From Octopus vulgaris (lineage: Eukaryota), in assembly GCA_951406725.2 (NCBI GenBank), contig OX597825.1:40982001-41046000 (forward strand): a stretch of 64,000 bases of DNA, read 5' to 3'. The notes under the pieces were generated by a model. That model had not been told where the DNA came from and did no database searches. It saw only the letters and a list, made by a program, of their open reading frames with translations. Every line of letters starts with the position of its first letter. The stretch's first letter is position 1. Shown one piece after another: positions 1-12,848 of the stretch. The position numbers and the translations under genes are program-made.

Positions 1-270
1 TACACGTGTGTATGTGTGTGTGTGTAAACGTATGTATGTGTGTGTGTACACATGTGTATATCTTTGTGTTTGTTCACCTTCTTACCACTTGATAACTGGT
101 GTTGTTTCTTTTTAAGCTTCTGTATCTTGTAGTTAGTCAAAAGAAGGTAATAGAATAAGTACCAGACTTAAGTACTGATGTCCAGTTGCTATATGAAACC
201 CTTCAATGTGGTGCCACAGCATGAACGCAGTCCAATGACTGCAACAAGTGAAAGTTAAAAAAAAAGATAA
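1..270 (+). mobile_element. 3' half of SINE family A (tRNA-headed octopus-type SINE)
   Basis: (TG)n followed by ...agaataagtaccag...gtgccacagcatg...gcagtccaatgactgcaacaagt-A-rich tail; same body as the copies at 8881, 25228 and 61948. Confidence 0.75.
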
Positions 271-289
271 CCATGTAATATAGACATAA

Positions 290-627
290 CCAGCCAGGAT
301 CCCTAGTCTGGTGGTACGTAAAAAGCACTATCCAACTCGTGGCCGATGCCAGCGCCGCCTCAACTGGCTTCCATGCTGGTGGCACATAAAATACACCAAT
401 CTGACCGTGGCCATTGCCAGCCTCGCCTGGCACCTGTGCAGGTGGCACGTAAAAAGCACCCACTACACTCACGGAGTGGTTGGCGTTAGGAAGGGCATCC
501 AGCTGTAGAAACATTGCCAGATAAGACTGGAGCCTGGTGCAGCCTTCTGGCTTCCCAGATCCCCGGTCGAACCGTCCAACTCATGCTAGCATGGAGAACG
601 GACGTTAAACGATGATGATGATGATGA
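290..627 (+). mobile_element. RTE-tail retroelement (SINE or LINE 3' UTR) ending in (GAT)n
   Basis: Internal ggtggcacgtaaaaagcac repeats, then ...catgctagcatggagaacggacgttaaac(gat)n; closely similar to 63322-63533. Confidence 0.85.
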
Positions 628-2738
628 TCCAAGCATTCCAGCAAATTTTCATGATATTCATCAGTAAATAAGATCTTTTTTTATTATTTGTTTTGCGGTT
701 TCATCTCCAATGAACAAGTTTTCTCTTAAACAAATAGTTGAGGAATTCAAACATTGTCTAGCTGTTTAAATGCTTGTTTAAAAGAACCACAGATCAAAAT
801 GATCCTTTGTAGCATGTCGTTGCTATGAAGTAATTTCAGCAGACTGTACAGCAAGATTCTTTAATACATGCCTGACTTTATATCAATGTGTTTAAAAGGG
901 GTGACACTTTATTCCCTGTTTATTGAAGGATCTATTTTAATGCTGCTCTAGAATAGCATTTACATATTTTTGGGAAGGTGTATATTTCTGCACATTTTTA
1001 GTGAAGTATTTTAGGAAATCTAAAACAGAGCTTGCATTAACTTACTTATTGTGATATATTAATATTGGCAGGTAAATGAACTGAGTGGTGTTCTAAATGA
1101 CATTCCTTTTTAGGAGCTAGGATGGTTGGTTGTAATATATACATAAAATACATTTCAGATTATTCGTATATTTTGATATTTTTATCTGGTGTACTCTGAG
1201 ATCACAAGTTGGCATGAGATCTTATCAGCAGCCAATGGCTATCTTCAATATAGTAACATCAAATGTCAGCAACAGATAATTCCAAGTGATTATGTAGTAA
1301 AGGAGAAAGTGATGGTTGAATCAATAGGGTCTTGGAAACCAGTGCCGAGGTTATTCACATTCTGACATCACTATCACAATTTTACCATAGAAAATGTAGT
1401 TTTCAACAGCTTAGTTCACCAGCAACAATTTGGTTTTCCATGGTGATAAAACCAACCTTTGTTATTCTTTTACTGTGTGAAGTTCAGTTCTGTGTGCATG
1501 AGTTTTCTGTATGAGGTTCAGTTCTACCTGCAAGAAAAATTAACTTCATGACAAATAAACAAATAAAATGCTCAAAAATACTAGAGCAATCTACTTTTTC
1601 AAACACCATTCACAAGTTGAGATAGTCATATACCATTTAGATACAAGAAAGCAGATATTTCTTTCTGGGCCTTTTGATTCTAGTCTTTATTGCCATATTT
1701 GAAATCAAAAAATAAGTTTTTTATGATATGATGCTTATTTTATGATGTTAAAAATTATTATATTGTATTTGAATATCACCAGATAGTGCTGAGAATTGCT
1801 TCTCTGAAAAAATATCATCCTCCTATTATTATTTCTAAAATATATACAGATCTTTAGAGTTACAAATGCACATCAACCATTAGTCTATGCTTTATACTCC
1901 TTTGTTCTTTTCATTATCTGCACTACAATAGACTCTGTATCCCTGAACTACCAAGATATGGATGACTATCTTTGATGTTCGTTTAATACATCTATCCAGC
2001 AATATTTCCCTGCAAATCACCATTTTCAACAGTTTTACCCTGACCATTCTTCCAAACATTTTCTCAGCAGGTATGCTATCACTATGTTGTTCTTATTTTT
2101 ATAACTCGTTTACTTTATATCATCTCTGTTTATGAATACCTCTGATTCAAAGTATTCCAATCATGACCATCTTCCTGTTTAGGATATGGCATATCTTGAG
2201 CTACATTATTCAACATGTCATCTATTTTTGGTGATATTAAAGTGAGTGAGGTTTGACTGATATTACAGGTAAATCAAGTATCCATTGCTGAAGCTCTTTT
2301 GTTGGCTTGTGGAATCACTCAAGTTCAAACTGAATATTAATTACACCAACCATCCAAGTTAGGAGGGCTAGCAAAAGTTAGGAGTATTGTTTCTTCTTTT
2401 TGAATTAAGAAAAAAAGCCTGCTCCCCTCACACGAGGTGAGATATATTGAACTTTATATCTAGATTTGAAATACCACATAATGCATACACTGTACAAAAA
2501 GGTGAACTCAGAAGATGAAACTATGTATGTGTATGTTTGTGATTTAGTTGCTCTATTGATTTATTACTATTTTGTCTGTGTGAGACAACATTTAAATTAG
2601 TATTAATTAAATCATGTAAATTATGTATTGTAACAATACACGTAAAAAACAAACAACAAAGAATATTTAAAGTTAAATATATAATGAAAATGAATACAAT
2701 AAAAACAATGAGTGGAAGTTGAAATATTCAGAATAAAT

Positions 2739-2852
2739 TTATAGTCTTTTAATCAACAATGTAGTTGATTTTGTGTTTGTTATTGTTAAGTCTCTTCCTG
2801 TTTTGTTCAACCATGATTTATATATTTCTGCTTTTCTCTTAACTTCACCATG
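2739..2852 (-). CDS. Candidate terminal exon of an unidentified gene (HGEVKRKAEIYKSWLNKTGRDLTITNTKSTTLLIKRL*)
   Basis: Long polypyrimidine acceptor ...ttttccttttgtttttccaaaacag; 37 open codons then TAA; phase matches exon 3786-3867; AATAAA on the minus strand near 2560. No homology recognised. Confidence 0.3.
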   Translation of the reverse strand, partial: HGEVKRKAEIYKSWLNKTGRDLTITNTKSTTLLIKRL

Positions 2853-2919
2853 CTGTTTTGGAAAAACAAAAGGAAAAGAAAAACTAACATTGTCCTTCCA
2901 ATTATTGGGAGTGAGACTC

Positions 2920-3600
2920 CTTCATAGTCATCATCCTCATTATCATCAGCTCCATCACAACCTGCATTGTCATCACTTCTTTTATCATTACAATTATCAT
3001 CAGCATCCGTAAGGGTATTTGTGTTTTAACCATTTATCTTCATTACCTCCACCACTGTCATCAACGGCTGCACCAGAATAATCTTCATCCCACCCTCCAT
3101 TATTACCAGCATTCTCCAAACCTTGCCATCATAAAGCAATGTCCACCCTCATCATTGCACTAACATCACCACCATCATCTTTAATGCTATTGCTGTCATG
3201 AACAAGACTAACTTTGCGAAAATGATCACCTTCTCCTTTTCGTTATTGGAACCACCAACATCACCGCTGCAAGCAATAACAATAATACTTTTACCTTATG
3301 ACTTCTCCCCATGTCTCACTTACATCCATCCATACTACCATCATCATTACCAGAACATCCAGCAGCATCATTTTACCGACCAACATCACCACCAGCACAA
3401 CCAGTTCCACATCCATCACCTTCATTCACAGTTCCATCATCACCATAAACACTCTCACCACCATCTTTTATTCCTCTTCCATAATTCTCAGCTTCATCTT
3501 TGCCATCTCTATCTCAGCTTCTATAACTACCTTCAACACTGTCACTGCTCACGGCTTCACCATCACCATACACTTTCCTGTTATCACAAGTATCAGTTGC
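2920..3600. repeat. Degenerate (CAT/CAC)n low-complexity tract
   Basis: Many catcat/caccac triplets; this explains the His- and Thr/Ile-rich ORFs 2773-3012, 3198-3656 and 3298-3648. Confidence 0.8.
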
Positions 3601-3785
3601 TCACTTTTTTCTTTTTTAAACTTTTACACATCTTCCAAAATTTTGTAAATGTCTAGAAGCTTGTAAGAATATCTGTCTTACATTAAATACACACTCAGCA
3701 TTAGAAATACGGCTGCCATTGAGATTGAAACAGCCTGAAAGTTGGAAATTCCAGTATCTTATCTTTCAATCTTTACACAGCTTAC

Positions 3786-3867
3786 ATGGTTTGTGTTAGC
3801 ATGCTTGTAATTTTTGCATAGATGACAAAATAACTGTGTCTTCATCTGCACAATAGTCTCTAAAAAT
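3786..3867 (-). CDS. Candidate internal exon (82 nt; FLETIVQMKTQLFCHLCKNYKHANTNH)
   Basis: Acceptor cttttttatttgtag and donor CAT|gtaagc; only one frame is open, and it is phase-compatible with 11255-11320 upstream and 2739-2852 downstream. Confidence 0.3.
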
Positions 3868-4007
3868 CTACAAATAAAAAAGTAAATGAAAATGTTGCAA
3901 GATTTTAATAAAATTATGAAGTTTAAGAAAGATAAATGGTAGTCACAGCCCTTGCAGACCCGCTTTGACTACAATGTTCCTACACAAATTCCATTGTATA
4001 AATACCC

Positions 4008-4034
4008 TTATGTGTACATATATATATACATACA

Positions 4035-4078
<44 letters not shown>

Positions 4079-4297
4079 AACACATACATACATATACATA
4101 TATATATACATACACACATACATATATATATGTGCATAATGTATATATACATATACATATGTATATATATACATATATATACATATACATACATATATAC
4201 ATTACATATATGTGTGTGTGTGTATGTATGTATATGTATATATATATATATATTTATGTGTATATATATACATATATATAAACAAGTATATATATAC

Positions 4298-4372
<75 letters not shown>
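4008..4372. repeat. Compound (TA)n/(TACA)n/(TG)n microsatellite
   Basis: Directly visible; source of the YIYIYI ORFs. Confidence 0.97.
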
Positions 4373-4373
<1 letters not shown>

Positions 4374-4384
4374 CTGTGTATAGT

Positions 4385-4520
4385 GCAGGCATGGCTGTAT
4401 GTTTAAGAAGTTTGCTTCCCAACCACTTGGTTTTGGGTTCATTTCCACAGCACAACAATTTGAGCAAGGGCTTTTTACTATAAGCCTGTTGTGTGTGTGT
4501 GTGTGTGCGTGTGTGTGGTA
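4385..4520 (+). mobile_element. SINE family A 5' (tRNA-like) head, decayed
   Basis: ggcatggctgtatgtttaagaagtttgcttcccaaccac...gggttca: degenerate A/B boxes, same head as the 8881 copy. Confidence 0.7.
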
Positions 4521-4679
4521 GTTGTAAATAGAGTGTTGGTGATAAGAAGGGCAAGGAAATCTGGCCAAGGTAATCTGCCTCAATGAATTCTGTATGATCA
4601 ATGCAACTATGCAAAAGTAGACATTAAAATGAGGATGTTAATGAGGATAAAGATGATGAAAAAACACACACACCCACAC

Positions 4680-4905
4680 ATCATCATCATCATCATAATT
4701 TAACGCCCCTTTTCCATGCTGGCATTGGCTGGACTGTTTGACATGAGTTGATAAGGCTGGAACCTGCAACTGCACCTGGTTCCAGGATCTGTTTTGGCAT
4801 GGTTTTTTCAACTGACAGCCATTCTTAATGTCAACAACTTTACAGAGTGTATTGGGTACTTTCACATGACACTGGCACCAGTGCATTTTATGTGGAACCA
4901 GCAAA
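4680..4905 (-). mobile_element. RTE-tail retroelement, decayed
   Basis: (CAT)n then tttaacgccc.ttttccatgctggcat: reverse complement of the (GAT)n-tailed 3' end seen at 290-627. Confidence 0.75.
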
Positions 4906-6265
4906 TTACCAAGCAAATTGTAAGACATAATTCCTTGGCTAGAAAGTGGGAAAGTCATATTGAGTGGGGAGTGGCTTTGTGCTAGTTGAGAGATTAAAGG
5001 TATAGATGGATAAATATAGGTGTCTTATTGTAGATACATGAATATCCCAGTTGGAAAAGAAAGATAAGCAAGTTAGGGAGTAAGATAAAGAGAATCAGAT
5101 AAAGAACACTAGTAAGAGATGGTGGTAAAGATGTGTCAAAACATGCCCTCAAAGGACATTGGATGTTGGTGAGAATAGGTGAGGTTTGGACTGGATGAGT
5201 GGGTATGATAGAGGTGACTGTAGCAAATGAGGGAAGGAAATATAAGAGTGGATAGGGTCGTGGACTGCAATAGATATGTGATGGCATTGAGCAGTTGTTA
5301 ATGATGGGGAATAACACAAAGACAAGAAGGCACGGAAAAGTGGTGATTGGTGGGTGTATATATAATGTATATATATATTGGTGGTGCAGGGGAAATTGAC
5401 ACTCATTAATCAGAAAACATTTCCCAGTTGGGAAATTAGCAAGAATAATGGGTAAGTTTGCTATAATTGCATGAGTAGCATGGGAATAATTATACAAAAT
5501 ACAACTACATAATGTGTGAAATATATAAACCTCAATCACAATTGTAATTATAACATCCTGAGCAAATATCGATTTAATGGGGAATGCTAGCAGAAAGGTA
5601 TTGTATACAGAACCAAAGTCACTGCAAAAATACTAAATAGAATAGCAACAGTGGATTGCTGAAAATTTCCTCCACAACTGGTGTCTTGAGCAGAGGAACA
5701 GCTTCTGCAAAATAAGCAATTTAAGTATAAGAAATTTATCTACTGATTGAGAAATGCAACTACATTATGCTCTTGAAATGAATGGTTGTTTATCAATAAT
5801 TAACCTTAGCAATATTTGTCATATATTAGCACATCCTTATATGACCGTCAGCAAAAGAAAAGAAAGCATTTCCAAAGGCAAACATAGCGATAAATATTAT
5901 CTAAAGAGCTTGGCTTTACAACCAGGCTCAGCAGTATACTGTTGTTGCCATCATACCTTGCTAAAATCAAAATCACTCAATGGGACCAGTTAAGTGTTAA
6001 GCCTTCACAGAATGAAGAATAATTAGCAGAGTACTTTGTGCCCACACACAGAAACACCAATTATGTACAATGTGGTAAAATTCATTAAGGATTCTAAAGG
6101 CAAAAGCAATTTATCTTGAGTTTGGCCTGTGTCAGCAAGAAGGTGGGAATTTAAAAACCTAACAGTAATAAATAAATTAATGTACACATGTATGCGCATG
6201 CACATGCACACACAAATACACACACATTGATACACACATGTGCATTTAAATTTATATATATGTAT

Positions 6266-7056
6266 TCATCAATTAATCAATATAGGGTAGCAAAAAATTC
6301 AATAGAAATTTTTTCGCCACCAGCGGTCTAATGAGAAAGAGAAAATAGTCAGAGACTATATATATAAATTCAACAACAATTGAGGAACGACCTCAATAGG
6401 CCATTCGACCCACTAGAAAGAGCAGCCAGGACTCAAACCACCAAATAGTAGTAATTCAGAAATTAAAGGAAAATTAAAAAACATTTACCCTATTCATCTT
6501 TAGACAATGCATTGTTTCGACATTTTTAATGGCAAACCAGCCTAATTATTGAGGTCATTCCTTAATTGTTGTTGAATTTATATATATAGTCTCTGACTAT
6601 TTTCTCTTTCTCACTAGACCACTGGTGGCAAAAAAATTTCTATTGGATTTTTTGCTACCCTATATTGATTAATTGATGATTTTCTGACTAATTCTGAAAT
6701 TGAATAAGCAGTTAATATTTGCTGCTGATAAGTTTGGCGTGATTATGGTGGGTTTGAAAATTTTAGGGCAGATATTCCCGGGGCATAGATACTGCCGCCT
6801 TGTGTATATCTGTCCCTCCTGGCTTCTTTACCGATGAGACGTAGCCTTTGGTAGATTGACTTGATTAAGTTTAATTTAATTTAATTAGGCTGGTTTGCCA
6901 TTAAAAACGTCGAAACAATGCATTGTCTAAAGATGAATAGGGTAAATGTTTTTTAATTTTCCTTTAATTTCTGAATTACTAGTATTTGGCGGTTTGAGTC
7001 CTGGCTGCTCTTTCTAGTGGGTCGAATGGCCTATTGAGGCCGTTCCTCAATTGTTG

Positions 7057-7062
<6 letters not shown>
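6266..7062 (+). mobile_element. Non-autonomous Penelope-like / retrozyme-like element: ~485-nt unit preceded by an inverted partial copy
   Basis: 6266-6398 is the reverse complement of 6547-6679; 6369-6548 is the reverse complement of 6882-7062; direct repeat tattgagg...aattgttgttgaat at 6547 and 7032; contains a hammerhead motif; ends in (TA)n. Confidence 0.75.
6823..6935 (+). ncRNA. Type I hammerhead ribozyme motif with extended stem II (core CCGAUGA, i.e. U4C)
   Basis: Stem I tcttta/taaaga; core CCGATGA 6831-6837; stem II gacgt(6838)/acgtc(6907); GAAA 6912; palindromic stem III acaat-gc-attgt; GUC cleavage triplet ending at 6927. Confidence 0.7.

Positions 7063-7118
<56 letters not shown>
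7061..7118. repeat. (TA)n microsatellite
   Basis: Directly visible. Confidence 0.97.
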
Positions 7119-7122
<4 letters not shown>

Positions 7123-8880
7123 ACAGATAAATAGATGTAAACAATGATGATGATGACAGTGATATGCAATTATGTATGTGTGTGCGAGTAAATATGTTAT
7201 TCTATTATTTTTTTGTTTTCTTGCATTTTCCCCACATATTTTAAGTAAAGGAAATAAACAGTAATAAAGTGGCAATAATCTACTGTTATTGAAAAGAAGT
7301 TCCAATCTTGCCATAACCATTATGTTGCACTCATATGTAGTATTCTTATTTGAAGACATTGCCAAAATAGACGAAAGGATAAAGAATATAGCAAAAAAAA
7401 AAAGGAAGTAGTTTATATTCTAGAATTCAAAAATTACTCTTTTAATAATTCTAACATATAATAACTGTATTCCATAACTTAGACATGTAATTACCAAACC
7501 TCTTTTTTTTATTATAGAATGATTTGAAATATGATGACATCAAAGCAAAACACATATTTATTTATATGCACTCAAAATTGTGCTCTCAAAGCACTGTACC
7601 CACAATTTACAAAATTAAAAATCTATATAAAACCATATCCAAATAAATTGAATTTTGTAGATTGCTTACACTGGTTTATTTGTGGCTAGAAATAAAACTA
7701 CTATTAATAGTTGCTACTTAGTATTCAGATAGTTTTTTGTCAACACTTTGGTTATATACTACCTAACTTTCTGATGATAAATTCTCTTATTATGCTACCT
7801 TTCTAACTTGTGATGACCAAACCAGCTAGACGGTACTATTTATTATAACTCATGCTTAAATAATTGAGATTGGTCAATTAAGCATGTAACTTTGTAAAAC
7901 ATTTTAATTATGAATATACTAATTCAATAGTAAAAACAAATTAATTCTGTTTTGGTCAAAATCTGCTAATATATCATGTGTTATTGGAGTTAGTTACTCT
8001 TAGTGCTTGTTTAATGTGTCTGGTGTATATCAGGATAAATATAATAAAGATAAATGTCTTTATTGCAAACAGTATGCAATTATTTGTTGCTGTTTTTTTT
8101 TTCTTGATTAATTCATTAATTACTACAGCTAAAAACATCAACAAGTATTGATAATATATAAAAATAATATTTTTATATATCTGTACAAGCATCATATAGA
8201 TTTTGAATTCAAATACACAGTAGGTATTTCGTTGTGTCTCTAAGCAAGACACTTTATTGTATCTGCTTCCATTCTTGTATGCATTAAGAATAGGTAGCAA
8301 TGTATTTGCTTTCAAACCTAAGGGAAACAACTGAAGATTAATTAAATAACTACAAACTACTTCCTTTTTCTTTCTCCCTTTTGGAGCGTGGAATTGACAG
8401 AATTGTTGGCACTCAACAGTGAAGTAGAAATAGGTTAAATGAAGACTTGCAGACAATAGCCCAACTAAAAGCATAATACAGAAACTCAAAGAGGAGGATG
8501 ACCTTCTGCATGTCCAGCATGTAATTGCTTGCCACAGGTTGCTTGGTTCATAAGTTTCACTCTAAAGTGGTTTGATATATGAAGTGAATCTTCACATAAA
8601 ATTATATGCATATATCTGCAGTTTTCAAATCTGTTTCTGAAATCTTAAAGAAATGAATTTAGCAGAAAGCAGTAAATTGTGCATAAACTTACTCAATGAA
8701 AATATCCCTGATTTTTTTCTTTACATAAGTAAGCTGAGTTACATGAGTTGATAAGGGTTTCAGCACAATGGTGAATAGCTGTCATTGTAGGGTTTGAACT
8801 TTGTAGCTTATTGCCGAACACCTTAATCTCATGACTTTCTTTTGACAATAAATAAATAAATAAAAACCCACCATAGATAC

Positions 8881-9266
8881 TGGTGTGGCTGTCTGGTAAG
8901 AAATTTGCTTCCCAACCACATGGTTATATATTCAATCCCATTGCATGACACCTTGGGTAAGTGTCATCTAGTATGGCCCCACAGCCACCCAAAACTTTGT
9001 GTATGCATTTGGTTGACAAAAACCAAAAGAAGCCCATCATATGTGTGTGTGCATGTGTGTATCTTGTCTTTCACTACCAATTGTTGATTTGTTTACGTTC
9101 CTGTAACTTAGTGGTTTGGCCTAAGAGACTGATTGAATAAGTACCAAGTTTCAAAACTACAAAATAAAAAATACTGAGGTCAATTCATTTAAGTAAAACC
9201 CTTCAAAGCAGTGCTCCAATGTAGCTACAGTTCAATGAGGGAAACAAGTAAAAGAAATAAAAAAAG
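8881..9266 (+). mobile_element. SINE family A, near full length
   Basis: tRNA-like head ggtgtggctgtctggtaag...ttcaatccca, central (TG)n, body gtaacttagtggtttggc...aataagtacca, tail gaaacaagtaaaaga. Confidence 0.85.
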
Positions 9267-11254
9267 ACACCTGTGTCAAACATTTGTACAATCCAGGTTA
9301 GATTAATTTACTTTTTAATATTTCAACCCCAAACTATTGTATGCTTTTAAAAAATGTACTTTTTTATGTATGAAATGATGGAACTCAATGGTAAAATAAG
9401 TATAATTTTTCATTCCTTAAGCAATGAAAGTAAATTTAAAAATATAAGGTGAATTAATGGTTGACAAAGCTTAACTGAGGAGATTGTGTTTCTTGTTATA
9501 TATTGATGGGCACCCTGTCCTATGGTTTCTTTGTTTGATTGATTGAAAAGCAAAATATTAGAGAAATTTATTTTTATATTGAGATGATGATGAGGCAAGT
9601 ACTTATATTCTTTTTAAAAATTTCTTTCATTATGTCATATAAGCATAATTATTAATGTATATTTTTATTTGATAACATGAGATTTGTTTCAGAGTTTTAA
9701 TTTCAAGCATCGTATTTTCAGACACACTTGATAAACATATGCAATTGAATTCTTAGGGTTAAATGAATTTTTGAAAGATTTTATCACTTGGGTGATAAAT
9801 AGATAACAATACTCTAATTGCTAATAAAATCACATTCAATAATTTTCAACCTTTCTTTCTAACATTTCAGTCTTCAGATCTTAATAGAACCGACTTTGAA
9901 CTAGCATTTTCTTGAGCTGAAATGTTATGGTTAGTACTAATATTATTTGAATATCTTAACTATTAATATCATCCTAACATTTATTAACTTACATCATTTT
10001 TTCTTTCAGGCAATCATGTCAATTATTTGATTTTCATAATTAAATGTATCCATCAATGATCAGTTTCTAGGAAACCCAGTACCTCTTATGATGACATAGA
10101 CTCAGCTACTCCTGATTCCTTTGTTTTCTGCCTTTCATTACCCATTTTGTGTCCATTCTCATTCTCATCTGCAATAATCATAATGCCCAATCCTTCCTTA
10201 TCAGAATATTGCCCCTCGGGGATTCCCATCCTCCACATGTTTCCCTAGTGTTAGAGAACTTACAAAGGCCATAACTATGGTTCCATTATTCATGGGCAAA
10301 CCAATAAAAGGATTATTGAAGGAAAAGATTACCTTCAAGCTCTAAACTAATTAACCATGTGTTGATTTTGTAAAGTTACATCTACTTTCCATTGGATATA
10401 ACAATTTGATTAATTTCAGAGAAACTCTAGAGTACATGGACATAGTTCCTTCTTCCATCCAAAAGGTAAAGAAAGAAGCTTTGAATCTATAAAAGCAAAA
10501 TTTCAAATTCTAGATTCTTTATCATATTTAGTCTTGTATTTTACTCTTCTGGATTTTGTTTTTGTTATTGCTTCTCTTAGGATTAATAAAACATAAATGA
10601 ATATTACTCTAAAGAAATCCCTAGGATGTAATTAACAAAATAATAGCATTTTGCTAACTAGGTAATATTTCATATAAACTGGAATCAATAAAACCTTTTG
10701 GTTCATATTATCTTCCATGTTCACGTTCAAATCCATCAGAGGTAAAGCTACTTTCATTTTTCTAGGATAAATAAAAATGCATAATGGGAGTGGAGGGGTG
10801 AATTCAATCAATATTCTGTATTGCTATGAAAACTGGCCAAATGCCTGGTTAAAGAATTCATTAGTAACCATCTGCTTTGGTATAGTTCATTGTATTACTT
10901 ACCCCTTCATTCTCATCTCAATCATATGTCATAAACAGCTTATTTCTCTTATAAACAGACTTAACCTTGTCCAATCAAATATTTTTATTGTTCAAATTGT
11001 GGTGGTAATGACTGTGATGGTGGCATTGGTGTTGATGGAAAATGTTTTGGCTTTTTCTTTTCTTACTGACCTCAAAGTTCAAAGTTTGTAATATGACCCT
11101 TCTTCTTGACATCAAAACTAGAGTTCATCTTTAATTATAATATCATCTTTTAGGGAAAATTTTACAAGTCATCTAACTTACACTTTCTTCTTTTTATTGT
11201 TGGTTTCATTTCTGTTTAGTTTTTTTTTTTCATTTATTCTTCTCTATTGCTCAC

Positions 11255-11320
11255 AGAATCATTATGTCCATAGATGAGTTGACAGTTTCTTCATCCCCTG
11301 CCTGATTGTAATTGTAACAT
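11255..11320 (-). CDS. Candidate internal exon (66 nt; CYNYNQAGDEETVNSSMDIMIL)
   Basis: Acceptor cccttcctttacag and donor CT|gtgagc; single open frame; the terminal CT joins the leading A of exon 3867 to give CTA. Confidence 0.3.
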
Positions 11321-12024
11321 CTGTAAAGGAAGGGCTAGAGAATGACTGACAGAAACATATTAACAGAGTATAAGTCGATTTTTTATATAAGGTTAAGTTG
11401 AAATGTATAATACTTTTCACATACATATAGTGACATTTGTATATCATGTCTAGGCAAGAGTCTTAGTTAAACTTAAGCACTCAGAGTGTATGTAGCATTT
11501 CTATAGGAAATAGCATAATATAAGGTAACTACTAAATTTCTTTCAAAGAAACAAATGGATGATATCAGATAGAATGAATACCTGTCCTTAAAGTTCCAGT
11601 ATTTTGACTTTTAATCTGTTGTTGCAATAGAAAAGATAATTTTTCTGTCTATGTTCAAATCCCTAAAGATGAACACAAGGTACAGTGGAAATATGATAAT
11701 CATATTTATCTTTAATAACCTTATTAGGTTTTAGATCTTGCTCGGGCCAACTCAGCCTTTCAACTCAAACTTTCAAAATAAAAGTATGAATCAGATTCAC
11801 TGAAGTTTTTTTAAAACTTGATACAAGGTTGAAAATGACAGCTAAAATGACAGAGCAAAAAATGAAAATATTCCTCAGGTATATTCAATGTGGTTAAGAA
11901 GTTTGATTTACAAGCAAGTAATTCTGGATCCAAACTCATTGTTGTAGCCTGAGGTTGACCAATAGCTTGTAAGTTAAATTTGCTTGAAAGAAAGTAGATG
12001 GAAGCACATTACAAACATCCATAT

Positions 12025-12848
12025 ATAGATAGTATCAAAAGGTTGCCAGACTAGTTATGTTTAATAAAAAATAACTTATTTTAACATCATCTTCTTGAAA
12101 ATAGTCACCTTGTGCAGCAATACACCAGTTCCAGCATTCCTGCCACTTTTGGAATCTAGCCTGAAAGTTGTTTTCCATAAGCGAGTCGAGGACCTTCTGT
12201 GGTTCACTCTTGATCTCAACAACGGTGTTAAAATGGCAACCTTTGAGCTGCTTTTTCATATTGGGGAAGAGATGGAAGTCTTCAGGTGCTAAGTCTGGCA
12301 AATAGAGTAAGTGCAGAAGTGATACCATGTTCTTTTTGGTGATGTTCTTTCTACTCAGTGATCAGCAGATCGGGGGTAAACTTGACAGAGACTCACCGCA
12401 TGTTCAATTTAAATATGACACCAACAGCAAGCAATGTCAATGATTGTCCTCCGATGATCTTCATGCACAAGCTGATGAATTTTCTCCATATTTCTGAGGG
12501 TGATGCTTATGGCAGGCCTTCCAGATAACTCATCGTTTTCCAGGGATGTTCTTCCTCTTTTGAAGTGCCTGTGTCACTCAAAACATTGTGTACAACCCAT
12601 TGCCTCAACACCATAAGCTTGCCAAAGCATTCTCAATGTTTCTGTAGCAGACTTCCCAAGTTTATCACAAAATTTCATGTTGGTTCTTTCTTCCATCTTC
12701 CTGTCCATGAAAAAAATTGCAGACAACAGCATACATGTGATCACAACACAAATTTCACAACATGTGAAATAAACCCAGATGTCACCCAGCACACTGCCTC
12801 ATGAAGGTCACTGCAGAACAAGTGCAGGAACTTTTTGATACTATCTTG
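12025..12848 (-). mobile_element. Mariner transposon relic, internally deleted
   Basis: TIRs agatagtatcaaaa / ttttgatactatct with TA flanks; peptides MEERTNMKFCDKLGKSATETLRML (HTH) and YLPDLAPEDFHLFPNMKKQLKG...WQECWNWCIAAQGDYF (decayed YSPDLAP motif). Confidence 0.92.

Noticed and set aside
1460-1528. Alternative terminal exon after a ttttcttgcag acceptor (minus strand)
   Set aside because: Short, stops quickly in all frames, no independent support.
3198-3656. His-rich and Thr/Ser-rich ORFs resembling a histidine-rich beak protein or a mucin
   Set aside because: Two overlapping frames are open only because of the degenerate CAT/CAC repeat; no signal peptide or domain.
3943-4614. Long YIYI-rich ORFs
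   Set aside because: Microsatellite read-through.
7974-8489. 171-aa minus-strand ORF
   Set aside because: AT-biased composition, no motif, no convincing donor site.
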